64,000 bases of DNA from Macrostomum hystrix (GCA_950097015.1 CATNEN010000039.1:19406001-19470000), one strand, 5' to 3'; shown: positions 24,495 through 37,155, numbered from the stretch's first letter. Translations and numbers: made by a program. Notes: generated by a model not told the origin, from the letters alone.

Positions 24495-27400
24495 TCATTG
24501 TTCCTGAAGAACTGGTCTTGAAAACCTGCGGCACAAAATTGCGGCGCGGCTGCCAGCGAAGTCGACGGCGAGGCTGTGTACACGACACGACGACATTAGG
24601 ACTCGCCTCCGATGATTCCAGGTCAGCGCCTCCAATTGCTGACGACTGGTCTCGCCGTTGATTTCGCTTTTTAATGTCGACGCCACTAAAGACCATTGCT
24701 TGCCAGCGCAGACGCAATTCACAGTTGAATCGGACAGAATCTGGCTGAAACCTTCGCGGGAGACACTTTCATCATCGTCCGGCTCATTGTTGCCGTGTCG
24801 TCCGGCGATTTTTAGGCGCCCATCTGACAGCAGCAGCAGCGAATGGGTGTCGCTAACGAAAGCGCCGTTCAGCAGCTCCGCTTTGTGTCCGAATTCTAAC
24901 GGCAGAAGCTCCAGATTTGGCAGAGTCGGTCGAGTCGTCTCCGAGTAGCCGAGCCGACCAAAACGGTTCGAACCGGTTGCCAACAGTGCGGCTGACGAAC
25001 TGTCAGGGGCTTCGGCCAACACTAGCAGGGCGTCCGGTCCGGCGAAGACCTTCAGGGCTCGTCTGTGACTCGAAGGGAGCGACAGGGCCGCAGGCTTCGG
25101 CGTCGGGCAAGTCGACAGAGGCAGCCGGCCCCAGGCGAACACCTCGCCGGCTGCGGTGGCACAGGCGGCGAAGTCGGCACCGCAGGCGATCGAGGTTACG
25201 CAAGCGAGGGCGAGACTTTCCACGGCGCGCGGGCGCTCCGAGTCAGCGAAATCCCCGTGGCCTAGGGCGAGACGGCGAGGCAGAATTTTCGAGGGGTCAG
25301 ACAGGTGGGATCTGATGTGGGTCAGAGACAGATGGGATCTGATGTGGGTCAGAGACAGATGGGATCTGATGTGAGTCAGACAGATGGGATCTGATGTGGG
25401 TCAGACAGATGGGATCTGATGTGGGTCAGAGAGATGGGATCTGATGTGAGTCAGAGAGATGGGATCTGATGTGAGTCAGAGAGATGGGATCTGATGTGAG
25501 TCAGAGACAGATGGGATCTGATGTGGGTCAGAGACAGATGGGATCTGATGTGGGTCAGAGAGGGTGGGATCTGATGTAGGTCAGAGACAGATGGGATCTG
25601 ATGTAGGTCAGAGAGGGTGGGATCTGATGTAGGTCAGAGACAGATGGGATCTGATGTGGTCAGAGACAGATGGGATCTGATGTGGTCAGAGACAGATAGG
25701 ATCTGATGTGGGTCAGAGACAGATGGGATCTGATGTGGGTCAGAGACAGATGGGATCTGATGTGGTCAGAGACAGATGGGATCTGATGTGGTCAGAGACA
25801 GATGGGATCTGATGTGGTCAGAGACAGATGGGATCTGATGTGGTCAGAGACAGATAGGATCTGATGTGGGTCAGCCAGTTGATAAAATCAAATTTTCGAT
25901 ACATATCGGATCGCTCACCAAGGGCGCCGCTCCGACCGCAGCCGAAAGTGAACAGCACGCCGGTGTCCGTAAGGCAGGCGGAGAAAGATCTTCCGCAGTC
26001 CAGCTGCACCACCTTGAAGCTCTCCAGGCCGTGAATGTCTGACATGGTCCACCTGGGATGCTGATCGCTGGCTGGCTGGCTAATGAGATCCCATTGCACT
26101 AGCCTGTCTCGTTTGGTCAGGCCGAGAATGCGGCTGTCTCGGGACAGTCTCACGCAGCGCAGATCCTCATGCGGCAGATTGTAGGGAATTTCAAGCAGTT
26201 CATCATCGGCTCCAGTTGGCTCATAATAATAGAGAGATCTATTGCCGCTCTCCTGAACAGAATTAACAGAGATGCGAGACTGCCTACTGTTAGTAGATGA
26301 TAAGCTGCAAATCTGATTTACAAAACACTTTTGAGATAAAAAACTCAAAATCTGATAATTATCTTTTATCACATTTAAAGGAAATCACTATTTCCTCCTA
26401 AAGTCACACACCTGAGGAAACCCTGAACACACCTGAACACACCTGAAGAAACCCTGAACACACCTGAGGAAACCCTGAACACACCTGAACACACCTGAGG
26501 AAACCCTGAACACACCTGAACACACCTGAGGAAACCCTGAACACACCTGAGGAAACCCTGAACACACCTGAACACACCTGAGGAAACCTGGCCACACCTA
26601 AAGAAACACTGAATATACCTGAAGAAACACTGAGATCAAAAACCTGAGGAAACCCTGAAGGCACACACCTGATGAAAGCATCAAAGATGCCTGAAGTCAC
26701 ACCCCTAGGCACTCACCCGACAACGCAGGTTCTTGATGGTGGCGGCGGGACCAACTCGCCCAGTCTTCTTTCTCTGTTGCATTCCTTTCAAGCCGACGCA
26801 ACCTAGATCGGTGAATATCGGGAACAGGTGGCACAGGATCAAGGGATGCGACAGTAGACGTCGAGCGGTTGGCCGCCTCAAAGGATCCACTGTGAGCATC
26901 TGGGAGATGAGATCCGACATCAGAGGAGAATACCTGAAGTTGATGAGAAAATCTAGATATAGACGGGTGAATCGCCAAGATAGGAGGGTATTACGGGTGA
27001 ATAACAAAGACCACCGGGTTTGACGGGTGAATAACAAAGACTATTGGTTTTGACGGGTGAATAACAAAGACCACAGGGTATGACGAGTGAATTAAAAAGA
27101 CCGCAGGGTATGATGGGTGAATAACAAAGACCGCAGGGTATGGCGGGTGAATAACAAAGATCAGAGGGTCAGCAGTTAAATAACAAAGACCGGGTGCTCA
27201 GACGACGTCAAACCTCGCCGAGTCGATAGGCGGTAGGTGGCCCGCGGCAATCTGCGCCACCAGAGCCGGCAGGGTCGGGGCGTCGAAAGCCCGCCGCAGG
27301 CAGCACATCTCGTACAGGCAACAGCCGAGAGCCCAGACGTCGGCTAATTCACCGCCTGCTGTGGCCGGAGTGTCTGAGCTGAACACCTCCGGGCTGAGGT

Positions 27401-28882
27401 AGGCCGGCGTGCCGACTAGACCGTTGCCGGCGCAGTCGATGACATCAATGGCGACAGCGGATGCGGCGAGGTCTTCAATTTGATCAATAACTCTTGCTTC
27501 GATTCCAGCTTCGATTCTTGCTACCAGTACGAGTTCTGTTCTTAGTACGATTCCAGTTCTTTTTTGCTACGATTCCAGCTTCGATTCTGTCAACAATTCT
27601 AGTTTTTTATTACTATGATTCCAGTTTATTCTGTTGCTACAATTTAAGATTCTTTTTAAGCAACGATTCCAGATTATCTTCTGGCTTCGATTCCAGATTA
27701 TTTTCTTCCTTCGATTCCAGATTATTTTCTTGCTTCGATTCCAGATTATTTTCTTGCTTCGATTCCAGATTCTCTTCTAGCTACGATTCCAGATTATTTT
27801 CTTGCTTCTATTCCTAATTCTTTTCTAGCTTCGATTCCTAATTCTTTTCTAGTTTCGATTCAAGATTATTTTCTAGCTTCGATTCCAGACTCCATTCATT
27901 CGCCTCACCCGTAGCAGCCTCAGTCGGGCGTCGTTGACGTCGCAGCGAGGCGACGCCAAAGTCGGCCAGCTGGCAGACATCGCAGGCGCTGGAAGCCAGC
28001 AGGATGTTGTCCGGCTTGAGGTCCCGGTGCAGGACGCCGCGGCTGTGCAGCTGGTCCAGAGCCAGCAGCAGTTGGCAGCCGAAGCTGGCCACCCGAGATT
28101 CGGACAGGCCCACGCCGCTTTTCTGACGCTGCATGAGGCGACTCAAGGAGCCGCCGGACGCGTAATCCATGGCGAGGCAGAGAACCCGCCCGGTTGTCGC
28201 CGAGTCGTCAATGAAACTGCCCCGATGCCTGACGATGTTGGGATGCCGCAGGCTGGCCAAAATTCGGACCTCCTCGAGAGCGGCCTGCAGATCAGCGGAA
28301 CCAGCCGAGCCCAAGTCCACCCGCTTGATGACCACCTGTCAGGAATTTTTAGATTACTATTGCGGCTATTAAGTAGTTAGAGAAGCATTTTGAGTCGTCA
28401 GTGTCGTTTGAGTCGCTTGAGAAGCCTTTCGAGTCGCTTGAGAAGCCTTTCGAGTCGCTTGAGAAGCCTTTCGAGTCGCTTGAGAAGCCTTTGAGCGGCT
28501 TGAGAAGCGTTATAGTTGTTGAAGAAGCGTTTGAGTATTTCGAGAAGCCTTTGAGTCGTTAGAGAAGTATTTTGACTCGTTTTGAGTCGTCAGTGAATCG
28601 TTCAAGTCGCTTGAGAAGCGTTCGAGTAGTAAGAGTAGTATTTTGAGTCGTTAATGAGCTTTAAGCAACTGAGAGAAGCACCCGATACGTTTAAGCGGGG
28701 TGTTGGCATTCATCAAACCACAGTTTTTCATCAAATCGGCACAATGGTTTGGTAATAAATCATTTGCAAACCTTTTCAGGTCGAGCGCCACTTTTTGTGG
28801 CCGACGAGTTTAGGCACAGGTAGAGAGCCACTTGACCAGTGGAGCCTCGGTCCAGATTCCTCAGGTGGCGGTAATTTTCCAT
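24495..28882 (-). CDS. NEK8: NIMA-related kinase with C-terminal RCC1-like repeats (NEK8-like)
   Basis: Exons 28882-28772, 28335-27909, ~27490 (or 27520)-27214, 26933-26717, 26252-25919, 25261-24495, all phase-compatible. Motifs VIK, HRDLKPDN, DFG, GTPAYLSPE, DVWALGC, RYSP..DLGCV; RCC1-type LFTFGCGRSGALGHG, IACG, VFAWG, GSNRFGRLG. AATAAA at 24453-24448. Confidence 0.85.
25295..25875. repeat. ~27-bp minisatellite (GTCAGAGACAGATGGGATCTGATGTGG), NEK8 intron 5
   Basis: Tandem array seen directly. Confidence 0.95.
26405..26670. repeat. ACACCTGA(GGAAACCCTGA) repeat, NEK8 intron 4
   Basis: Tandem array seen directly. Confidence 0.9.
26960..27192. repeat. 30-bp repeat (GGGTGAATAACAAAGACC..), NEK8 intron 3
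   Basis: Tandem array seen directly. Confidence 0.9.
27495..27890. repeat. 24-bp repeat (GATTCCAGATTATTTTCTTGCTTC), NEK8 intron 2
   Basis: Degenerate tandem array. Confidence 0.9.
28380..28650. repeat. 21-bp repeat (GAGAAGCCTTTCGAGTCGCTT), NEK8 intron 1
   Basis: Degenerate tandem array. Confidence 0.85.
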
Positions 28883-29019
28883 GAATGCTGAGGATAGCGC
28901 TTTCAGCGAACACTGATCTTTAGCTGAACAAACACTGAACAATAGCTGTATAATGGAAGCTGCAATTTGATGTACGGGACTTTGTAGATCCATCAGTCAC
29001 TCTGAGGGATTGGGGAGTG

Positions 29020-29312
29020 GCCCTGAAGGATGGCCCTGAAAAATCGAGCTGTGACACTGAAGGATTAAAAAGAAGACCTGAAAGATTGAAAAGAAGGCCT
29101 AAAGGAAAGAGCTGTAGCATTGAATGATCGAGCTGTGGCCCTGAAGGATTGAAAAGAAGACCTGAAGGATTGAGAAGTGGCCCTGAAGGATCAAGCTGTG
29201 GCCCTGAAGGATCGATTTGTGGCCCTGAAGGATCAAGCTGTGGCCCTGAAGGATCGAGCTGTGGCACTGAAGGATCGAGCTGTGGCACTGAAGGATCGAG
29301 TTGTGCCCCTGA
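29020..29312. repeat. 21-bp repeat (CTGAAGGATCGAGCTGTGGCC) between NOP14 and NEK8
   Basis: Tandem array seen directly. Confidence 0.9.
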
Positions 29313-29785
29313 ATTATTAAATGTAGACATTACGAGAATGTGTAAATGTAAAAGAAGACAATGTAGGATCAAGAAACAGATCTCAAGGATTAAAGAGAGA
29401 CCCTGAAGATCGTTTAGAAGGAGAGCGTTCCTGTCAGAAATGTTTCGCTAATAGTTGCATGTCTCTCAGTATAAAAAACCACCACTTTTACTCGTAAAAA
29501 ACTGCCCAATTAAAAAAAAGCTTTTTATATACTCAAAATTGCTAAACTAAACAAGAGTGGAAGATTTTTTACAAACAATTTTCCGACAGCTGCCGATTTG
29601 GTAAAAGTTGTCAATAAGTCAAAAACTAAAACCCTGTCACTTGCAGTGTATTTGCACTTTCATTTACAGGGACACCAAGAAATTACAGATTTGACAGGTC
29701 AACAATAGCAACAATCTGACAGGCAGACAGGCTCCATTAAAAATGCAGGTTTAAGCTTCAATCAGTCAGCGTTCTTCCGAGTGTT

Positions 29786-32580
29786 TCACTTCCTCCTGCT
29801 AAGCTTCTTGACCTCGCCCTCCTGGTTGCCAAGGGCGCCCATGAGTTCGCGAACCTTCCGCTTGCGCTGGGCGTCGGCCCGCAGTGTGGCCTCCAGCCGT
29901 TCGCTGGCCAGGAAGTCGCGGTCTCTGGCAACTTCGCGCACCGCCGCCTTCATCGCCCGCTTCCTGGCCCGCAACAATCGCCGACGCTCCTCGCCGCCGT
30001 CGCCCTCGCCCTCGCCGGCGTCGCCGTCGGCGCGTTTTCGGCGTCGCCGATCCGGATCGAAGTCGGCGTCAACCTGCGGCTCCAACAGTTCCAGCATGCG
30101 TGGCGGTTCGCGCTCGCGCAGCAGTCGAGCCCCGGCCGATTCAGCCGAGCAGGCGCCGAATGATCGAAGGAAGCTGCGGGGAATCAGTTAGGATGTACTT
30201 TTAAGCTACTGACCTGATTGCTGCTCCTTCTAACAGAAAAATATTAAAGTAATTGGTTTTGAGTATATCATAGTGCCCAAATTCAATAATTTTTACGACA
30301 GTGACGAAGGAGCGTAGAAGCTAGTTTATAATACTAGAATGCAATCGAGAGGGGGCAAGAAATCTACTCTACTATACTAAACAATTAAAACAATTTAACT
30401 AATAAAACAATATAACACGATTGAAAAAACAGCTACCATCGCTAATGAGACTGCTTCCAGTATAATAACAATAATAATATTTACAGGAAGGCTGCGGGCA
30501 ATAAAACATGATTAAATGACACTAGATCAGCAGCCAGCGAGGAGGCAATTCGCTGACTCCTGAGCACACACGCACAAAGATACTGTACGCAGGCACACAA
30601 AAAGATGTGTACATTTGCCCTGACACTGCCATCGTCAGGCAGTGTACACTCTCACTGTGCCTTGGAGGTTGGCCCTCAAGGGCGTGAATTGCACGACAAG
30701 CCCCCAAACTTTCTCTCCGCGGCTGCGCCCCAAACAAATGTGGCCTCGCCACGGAATCGAACTTAGGGACCTTGGTGCGAGAGGCAAACGCGTTAACAGC
30801 TCTGCCACTGACCCCCGACTACTTGTATTAGAAAGTTCACTGTTTTTATTCCTGAAATAGTTAATAAAATACATAATTAAAAAAGCTTACCTGTTTGCCA
30901 GATTTCGAAGCTCCTTTGGCCACACATCGCCGACTACAGCAGCCAAAGCTTGTTCAACGGCTTCGGCCAACGGTTGGAAGGCGGCGCGCAGTCCGGCTGC
31001 GGGCAGGTCGCCGACGCCTCGCCAGGCGGTGAGCAGTTCGCCGAGGTCGGCAAATACGCGGCCGAGGCAGAGCAGACGCAGGCCGGAAGCTTGGGCACTG
31101 GCCAGGGAGCTGGCCCGCTGGCACAGGCTGAGCGGCAGCGGACCAGGTCGCCAATCGGATGGCGCCCGTCGAGTAGCCAGCAGGAGCTGACGCCTACTAG
31201 CCTTCGAATGGCCGCCTGCGCCATTTATTATTTCTTCACCGCTATCATCTGCTTCCTCGATTGACTGCGGGCGCGTTGCTAATGTCAACAGACTGTGCAA
31301 GCAGGCTAGCAACTCAGGACACAGCGGCCAATGAAGAGCCGCTAGGAGGCGTTTCAATACGGCTACTAATAGTAGTATGCGACAGATCTAAAATAAGACC
31401 ATATTTTGTTATTTAATGTAGGTTAACAGAAACAAAAATATCCCAAAACAGCAGAACTTGATCGGACCTCCTTGAGTCCGCTGGGACACCGTTTGATGCA
31501 GCAGTCAGCGAGCACCTCGGCGCAGTAGGCGACGCCGAGCCGCAAGCAGCAGAATCGGCGAGCCTTGAAGCCGCTCAGGTTGCACAGGCGCAGGAGGAGA
31601 CGCGCAGTCTCCAGGTAGGGCGCCGGCGGGTCATTGCTTGACGACTCGCCACCTTCCTGGCAGCTGCGAAGGCGACGCTCTCGACGTAGTCGATCAAGTC
31701 GCTGACAGACTTCGGCCAGCTGAAGTCCGGCTGATCGCCTTTCGGCTGGTTTTAACTTGGCCTTGGCAGCCGACGAGCCGTCTCCGGCTGGCAAAGCGTC
31801 CTTAGCAACCAGGCGCTGCGACTGCATCAGTTGGTCGGACAGCAGCTTGAACGCGGACAGCTGATCGGTTGAATCTGTCGCCGCAGCCGTTGCCTTCGAC
31901 ATAGCCGTCGCCGACATCAATGGCGCCAGTTGGAAACGAACCTGCGACTTCCATTCGGCGTCGATGGCGTCCGTCAGCCGGCGAGTCTCCTCCAGCTGTT
32001 CGCGCTTGTCAGCCCGATCCGCGCGGGTCTGTGCAATCAGCGCCTCCATGCGGTCCTTCAGACCGGCACCCTTGCGCAAAAGGCCGCCATCGTCGAACAG
32101 CGCCTCAGAGGACATTCGGCCATCCCTGGCGTTAGTGTCATTGTCGTCGTCGAATTCGGCGTCGTCCAGCTCGGTGATCAACGGCGCGAACTTATTAACG
32201 GCGGCAAGGAGTCCGGAGTCCTCCGCCTCAGTTGGCTGCCGCATCGAAGCCTCGGCCTCGGCGGCCAAAACTCGGCGCTTCTGAGCAGCGAATCGACGCA
32301 TTGCCGCCACCTCGCCGGCGGCGTTTGCGACGCCGGCGAAATCGTCGGCATCGTCGGCGCCGGCGACAGCACCGAGACGACGATCGACGAGGCCGCCTTT
32401 TTTAAATCGCCGACCGAGCTCGGCGCCGAGAGTTCGACGACGCTTTTCGAGTCCGCGTGCGGCGCCACGGCCCGGCGCGGCAATCGACTTGGTTGCCTTG
32501 GCAACGCCCTTGACGCCTCTCAAGGCATTGACAGCAGCGCCGAATGGCCGCCCGTTTGAAGCCTTCGTGGATTTTTTTGC
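29786..32580 (-). CDS. NOP14: Nucleolar protein 14 (SSU processome)
   Basis: Exons 32580-31468, 31387-30891, 30173-29786 (phases 0 and 2 match). N-terminal EKRRRTLGAE..KKGGLVDRRLG..MRRFAAQK; C-terminal AVREVARDRDFLA..KRKVRELMGALGNQEGE. Confidence 0.88.
30520..30816 (-). mobile_element. tRNA-derived SINE in NOP14 intron 2
   Basis: Head GGGGGTCAGTGGCAGAGCTGTTAACGCG..CCTAAGTTCGATTCC (A-box and B-box); 3' boundary approximate. Confidence 0.6.
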
Positions 32581-32664
32581 CTGAAAGAAGAAAATTAATA
32601 TCATTGTACCAAAGATGCAGATTCTATAATACTCTTTTTTAATATACTAGGTCATCTAAACTGT

Positions 32665-32820
32665 TAGACATGATAATCAAATCGTAAAACATGATAATCC
32701 AATCGTAAAACATGATAATCAAATCGTAAAACATGATAATCCAATCGTAAAACATGATAATCAAATCGTAAAACATGATAATCCAATCGTAAAACAGGAT
32801 AATCCAATCGTAAAACAGAA
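32665..32820. repeat. 21-bp repeat (AAACATGATAATCCAATCGTA) between WDR74 and NOP14
   Basis: Tandem array seen directly. Confidence 0.9.
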
Positions 32821-33172
32821 GAATAAAATTATGAGACAGGATAATCCTATTTTTAAACAGGGTAATACAATTGTTTGATTGGATTATCATATCATCGAAC
32901 AGAGTTTTCTAATCTGTCAGACAGGGCATCTAACCCGTTACAGACAATATAATCTGAATCTGAATAATAGAAGAGATTAATGACTTGTGCCCTGTATTAT
33001 ACTACTTACTACCTATGAATCGAAAAGAGTGAATAAAAATAAAGAAAGCGATACAATGGCATTTTCAAGTCCAAGCTGAAGAACCAATGCTGCTAACAAT
33101 TTTTATTTATTAATGAAAACTCGTCTTCTAACGGTACAAATGCAAGCAAAATCGACCGTTGCATCATTGCGG

Positions 33173-36100
33173 CTACAAAGAGGCTGTGAAAGTGAATTTG
33201 ATTGGCCCCTTGCCAACAGTGGCCGACCCGGCAGGGGCAGCATTGTCCTTTTTCTTACTGCTGTTGGAGTCGGCCTTCTTAGCCAATCGTTTAGCTTTGC
33301 CAGGCGTCGAATCCGAGGCCCCATCGTCTTCTGTTTGAACCAGATACAACCTGTCTGTCTGACGCCTCTTATTGGCGCCTTCGGCAACAGCTGGTGTCAG
33401 ACTGCGGGCTACACTATCGCCGGATGCGCGCACACTGGCTGCCGTCAGCTCGGCCGATGCGGCCAATGGCAACACGCCAGCTAGGCGACTCTTGGCGTAC
33501 AGCTGGCAGAGCAGACGCCGACTGCCTCCGGTCTTGGCTCCGCGCAAGTCGTAGATACGAAAATGCCGATCCTCCGAGCTGGCTAACAGTAAGCCGTTGC
33601 TAGGCGACGAAGCTAAGCTAGTAACGGCGCCGGAGCAGCTGGGCTTGCACTGGCCCAATAGTTGAGCAGTTGATTGACTTGATGCCAATCGTCTGAGATC
33701 GAATAGGCCGAGATGACCAGCGGAGTTGCCGGCAGCGATGGTGTTTGCAGAGCCCGAGGATAACTCAACAGAGCAGCAGGCCTGGATTAGAGAGGGGAGT
33801 TTTGTGTATTTGGATACCAAGATATTAATTGGAAGTGGCCTGGATTCCCAGGTTTAGAATGGGAGCGGCCTGGATTCCCAGGGTTAGACTGGGAGTGGCA
33901 TGGATTCACAGGGTTAGACTGGGAGTGGCCTGGATTCCCAGGGTTAGACTGGGAGTGGCCTGGATTCCCAGGGTTAGACTGGGAGTGGCCTGGATTCACA
34001 GGGTTAGACTGGGAGTGGCATGGATTCCCAGGGTTAGACTGGGAGTGGCCTGGATTCCCAGGGTTAGACTGGGAGTGGCATGGATTCCCAGGGTTAGACT
34101 GGGAGTGGCCTGGATTCCCAGGGTTAGAATGGGAGTGGCCTGGATTCACAGGGTTAGACTGGGAGTGGCCTGGATTCCCAGGGTTAGACTGGGAGTGGCC
34201 TGGATTCCCAGGGTTAGACTGGGAGTGGCCTGGATTCCCAGGGTTAGACTGGGAGTGGCCTGGATTCACAGGGTTAGACTGGTAGTGGCCTGGATTCACA
34301 GGGTTAGACTGGGAGTGGCCTGGATTCCCAGGGTTAGACTGGGAGTGGCCTGGATTCACAGGGTTAGACTGGGAGTGGCCTGGATTCCCAGGGTTAGACT
34401 GGGAGTGGCCTGGATTCCCAGGGTTAGACTGGGAGTGGCCTGGATTCACAGGGTTAGACTGGGAGTGGCCTGGATTCCCAGGGTGGGATTGGGAGTGGCC
34501 TGGATTCCCAGGGTGGGATTGGGAGTGGCCTGGATTTAAAGGTAAACTAGAGATGTCAGTCGTTATTATTACCTGGACAGGATAGTCGGACCAGGCAAAG
34601 TTAACAACCGGTCGGCGCTGCTCCGAAGGTGAATAAAGCCGCAATTCACGGTGACCGGTGCAGACGGCCACTAATTGACCTCCGGCCAGTGGGCAGATGT
34701 CACGAACGTCAATCGGACGGCGAAGGTTTAATCGGTCGTTAGGCAGATTTTTGGCCTAATTTTAAGGAAAGAAAAAAACATTAATCTCGACTAATCCTTC
34801 CGAAAAGCTAGATAACCCCACTAAGCATACGGTAACTTTAATGCTAGCACTTTAAGGATCTGAGAACCGAGATTCCTTTTTGAGGATATGAAGAGCTAGA
34901 TTCCTATTCTGAGGATCTGGGAAGCTAGATTCCTATTCTGAGGATCTGGGAAGCTAGATTCCTATTCTGAGGATCTGGGAAGCTAGATTCCTATTCTGAG
35001 GATCTGGGAAGCTAGATTCCTATTCTGAGGATCTGGGAAGCTAGATTCCTATTCTGAGGATCTGGGAAGCTAGATTCCTATTCTGAGGATCTGGGAAGCT
35101 AGATTCCTATTTCGAGGATCTGGGAAGCTAGATTCCTATTCTGAGGATCTGGGAAGCTAGATTCCTATTCTGAGGATCTAGGAAGCTAGATTCCTATTCT
35201 GAGGATCTGGGAAGCTAGATTCCTATTCTGAGGATCTAGGAAGCTAGATTCCTATTCTGAGGATCTAGGAAGCTAGATTCCTATTCTGAGGATCTGGGAA
35301 GCTAGATTCCTATTCTGAAGATCTGGGAAGCTAGATTCCTATTCTGAGGATCTGGGAAGCTAGATTCCTATTCTGAGGATCTAGGAAGCTAGATTCCTAT
35401 TCTGAGGATCTAGGGAGCTAGATTCCTATTCTGAGGATCTGGGAAGCTAGATTCCTATTCTGAGGATCTGGGAAGCTAGATTCCTATTCTGAGGATCTGG
35501 GAAGCTAGATTCCTATTCTGAGGATCTGAAAAACCTAGATTCCTATTTTGAGGAAATGGGAAGCCATATTTAGAATCGAAGGAACAAAAAGTCGTGCCAC
35601 ACACCTGAAACACGCACGCCTGAGCTGCAATGTCCCACAGACGAAGGTCGGATTCTCGACCGCCGCTAACCAGCCGACAATCGCTGCCGCTGCTCCAGGC
35701 GCGCAAAACCCCAACATGGGAGCCGGCGCGCAATTGTGCCAACTCCGGCCAGCTGGCATCGCAAGCGGCGCCGTCAGCTGTTGCTGCGGCGCCTAATAGT
35801 CGAATGACGCCATTTTCGCGGCCAACAGCCAGCAGGTCTTGCCAACTGGCAGAGGAATCCAATTGTGAGTCTGATGAGCAGCAATAGGCTAGGCTGGTGA
35901 CAGCGGGGATAGATTCGCCTGCGCTTGGCGCCTAGGGGTGTTCAGAAAATTATTCGATTCTGTTAACGGGTCCTGTTCCGATTCTAGCTATAGTTCCTGC
36001 TACGATTCTAGCTATGGTTCCTGCTACGATTCTAGCTATGGTTCCTGCTGTGATTCTAGCTATGGTTCCTGCTACGATTCTAGCTATAGTTCCTGCTACG

Positions 36101-36656
36101 ATTCTAGCTATAGTTCCTGCTACGATTCTAGCTATGGTTCCTGCTACGATTCTAGCTATAGCTCCTGCTACGATTCTAGCTATAGCTCCTGCTACGATTC
36201 TAGCTATAGCTCCTGCTACGATTCTAGCTATAGCTCCTGCTACGATTCTAGCTGTAGTTCCTGCTGCAATTATATGCCCTTAAGTATCGATTTTGAGACT
36301 CGTTACTGATATAATACTTGAAATTACCAACGCACCTCAGCAGCCGAAGTCACAGTTTCGGATTCAGCTGATTGGACAGCTTCAAGGTCAACTATTCGAC
36401 GCAGAATACCAGTCGCTGTCGATGCGTAGATCCTTGCGGAGGAAATCCCATCAGTTGCGTTGTCTGCGTTGCTACTAGCAACCAGTCCTACAACGGGATG
36501 CCGCTGACCGAATTCAGCAACAGACGACAAAGTCGGACTTTTTGATTTGTTTTTTGTTGAAAAGGCCACCGACTTCACGTGGCCGGTGCGACAGGCCAGG
36601 AGAAATTGCGGCCTCGGCGCATTTTCAGCGCTTTCAGCAACGTCAACTAGCTTGGA
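33173..36656 (-). CDS. WDR74: WD-repeat protein 74 / Nsa1 (60S biogenesis)
   Basis: Exons 36656-36336, 35931-35605, 34755-34573, 33781-33173, all phase 0. Motifs GGRESDLRLWD, FQAKNLPNDRLNLRRPI, QRRPV, LYAKSRL. AATAAA at 33111-33102. Confidence 0.88.
33830..34535. repeat. 30-bp minisatellite (TGGATTCCCAGGGTTAGACTGGGAGTGGCC), WDR74 intron 3
   Basis: Tandem array seen directly. Confidence 0.97.
34855..35550. repeat. 29-bp minisatellite (CTGAGGATCTGGGAAGCTAGATTCCTATT), WDR74 intron 2
   Basis: Tandem array seen directly. Confidence 0.97.
35970..36266. repeat. 24-bp minisatellite (TTCCTGCTACGATTCTAGCTATAG), WDR74 intron 1
   Basis: Tandem array seen directly. Confidence 0.95.
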
Positions 36657-36677
36657 CTGCAATGGAAATTACATTTT

Positions 36678-37155
36678 ACTGCATGACCCACTGTGTGAGA
36701 TGGCATTGACTGCATGACCCACTGTGTGAGATGGCATTGACTGCATGACCCACTGTGTGTGAGATGGCATTGACTGCATGACCCACTGTGTGAGATGGCA
36801 TTGACTGCATGACCCACTGTGTGTGAGATGGCATTGACTGCATGACCCACTGTGTGAGATGGCATTGACTGCATGACCCACTGTGTGTGAGATGGCATTG
36901 ACTGCATGACCCACTGTGTGAGATGGCATTGACTGCATGACCCACTGTGTGTAAGATGGCATTGACTGCATGACCCACTGTGTGTGAGATGGCATTGACT
37001 GCATGACCCACTGTGTGTGAGATGGCATTGACTGCATGACCCACTGTGTGTGAGATGGCATTGACTGCATGACCCACTGTGTGTGAGATGGCATTGACTG
37101 CATGACCCACTGTGTGTGAGATGGCATTGACTGCATGACCCACTGTGAGTGAGAT
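36678..37155. repeat. 31/33-bp minisatellite just upstream of the WDR74 acceptor
   Basis: GCATGACCCACTGTGTG(TG)AGATGGCATTGACT units. Confidence 0.95.

Noticed and set aside
30771-30851. Extra NOP14 exon after a 39-nt intron
   Set aside because: It overlaps the tRNA-derived SINE head, and the flanking exons already join in phase 2 without it.
33787-34560. NPGHSQS repeat extension of WDR74
   Set aside because: Read-through into a 30-bp intronic minisatellite bounded by a good donor and acceptor.
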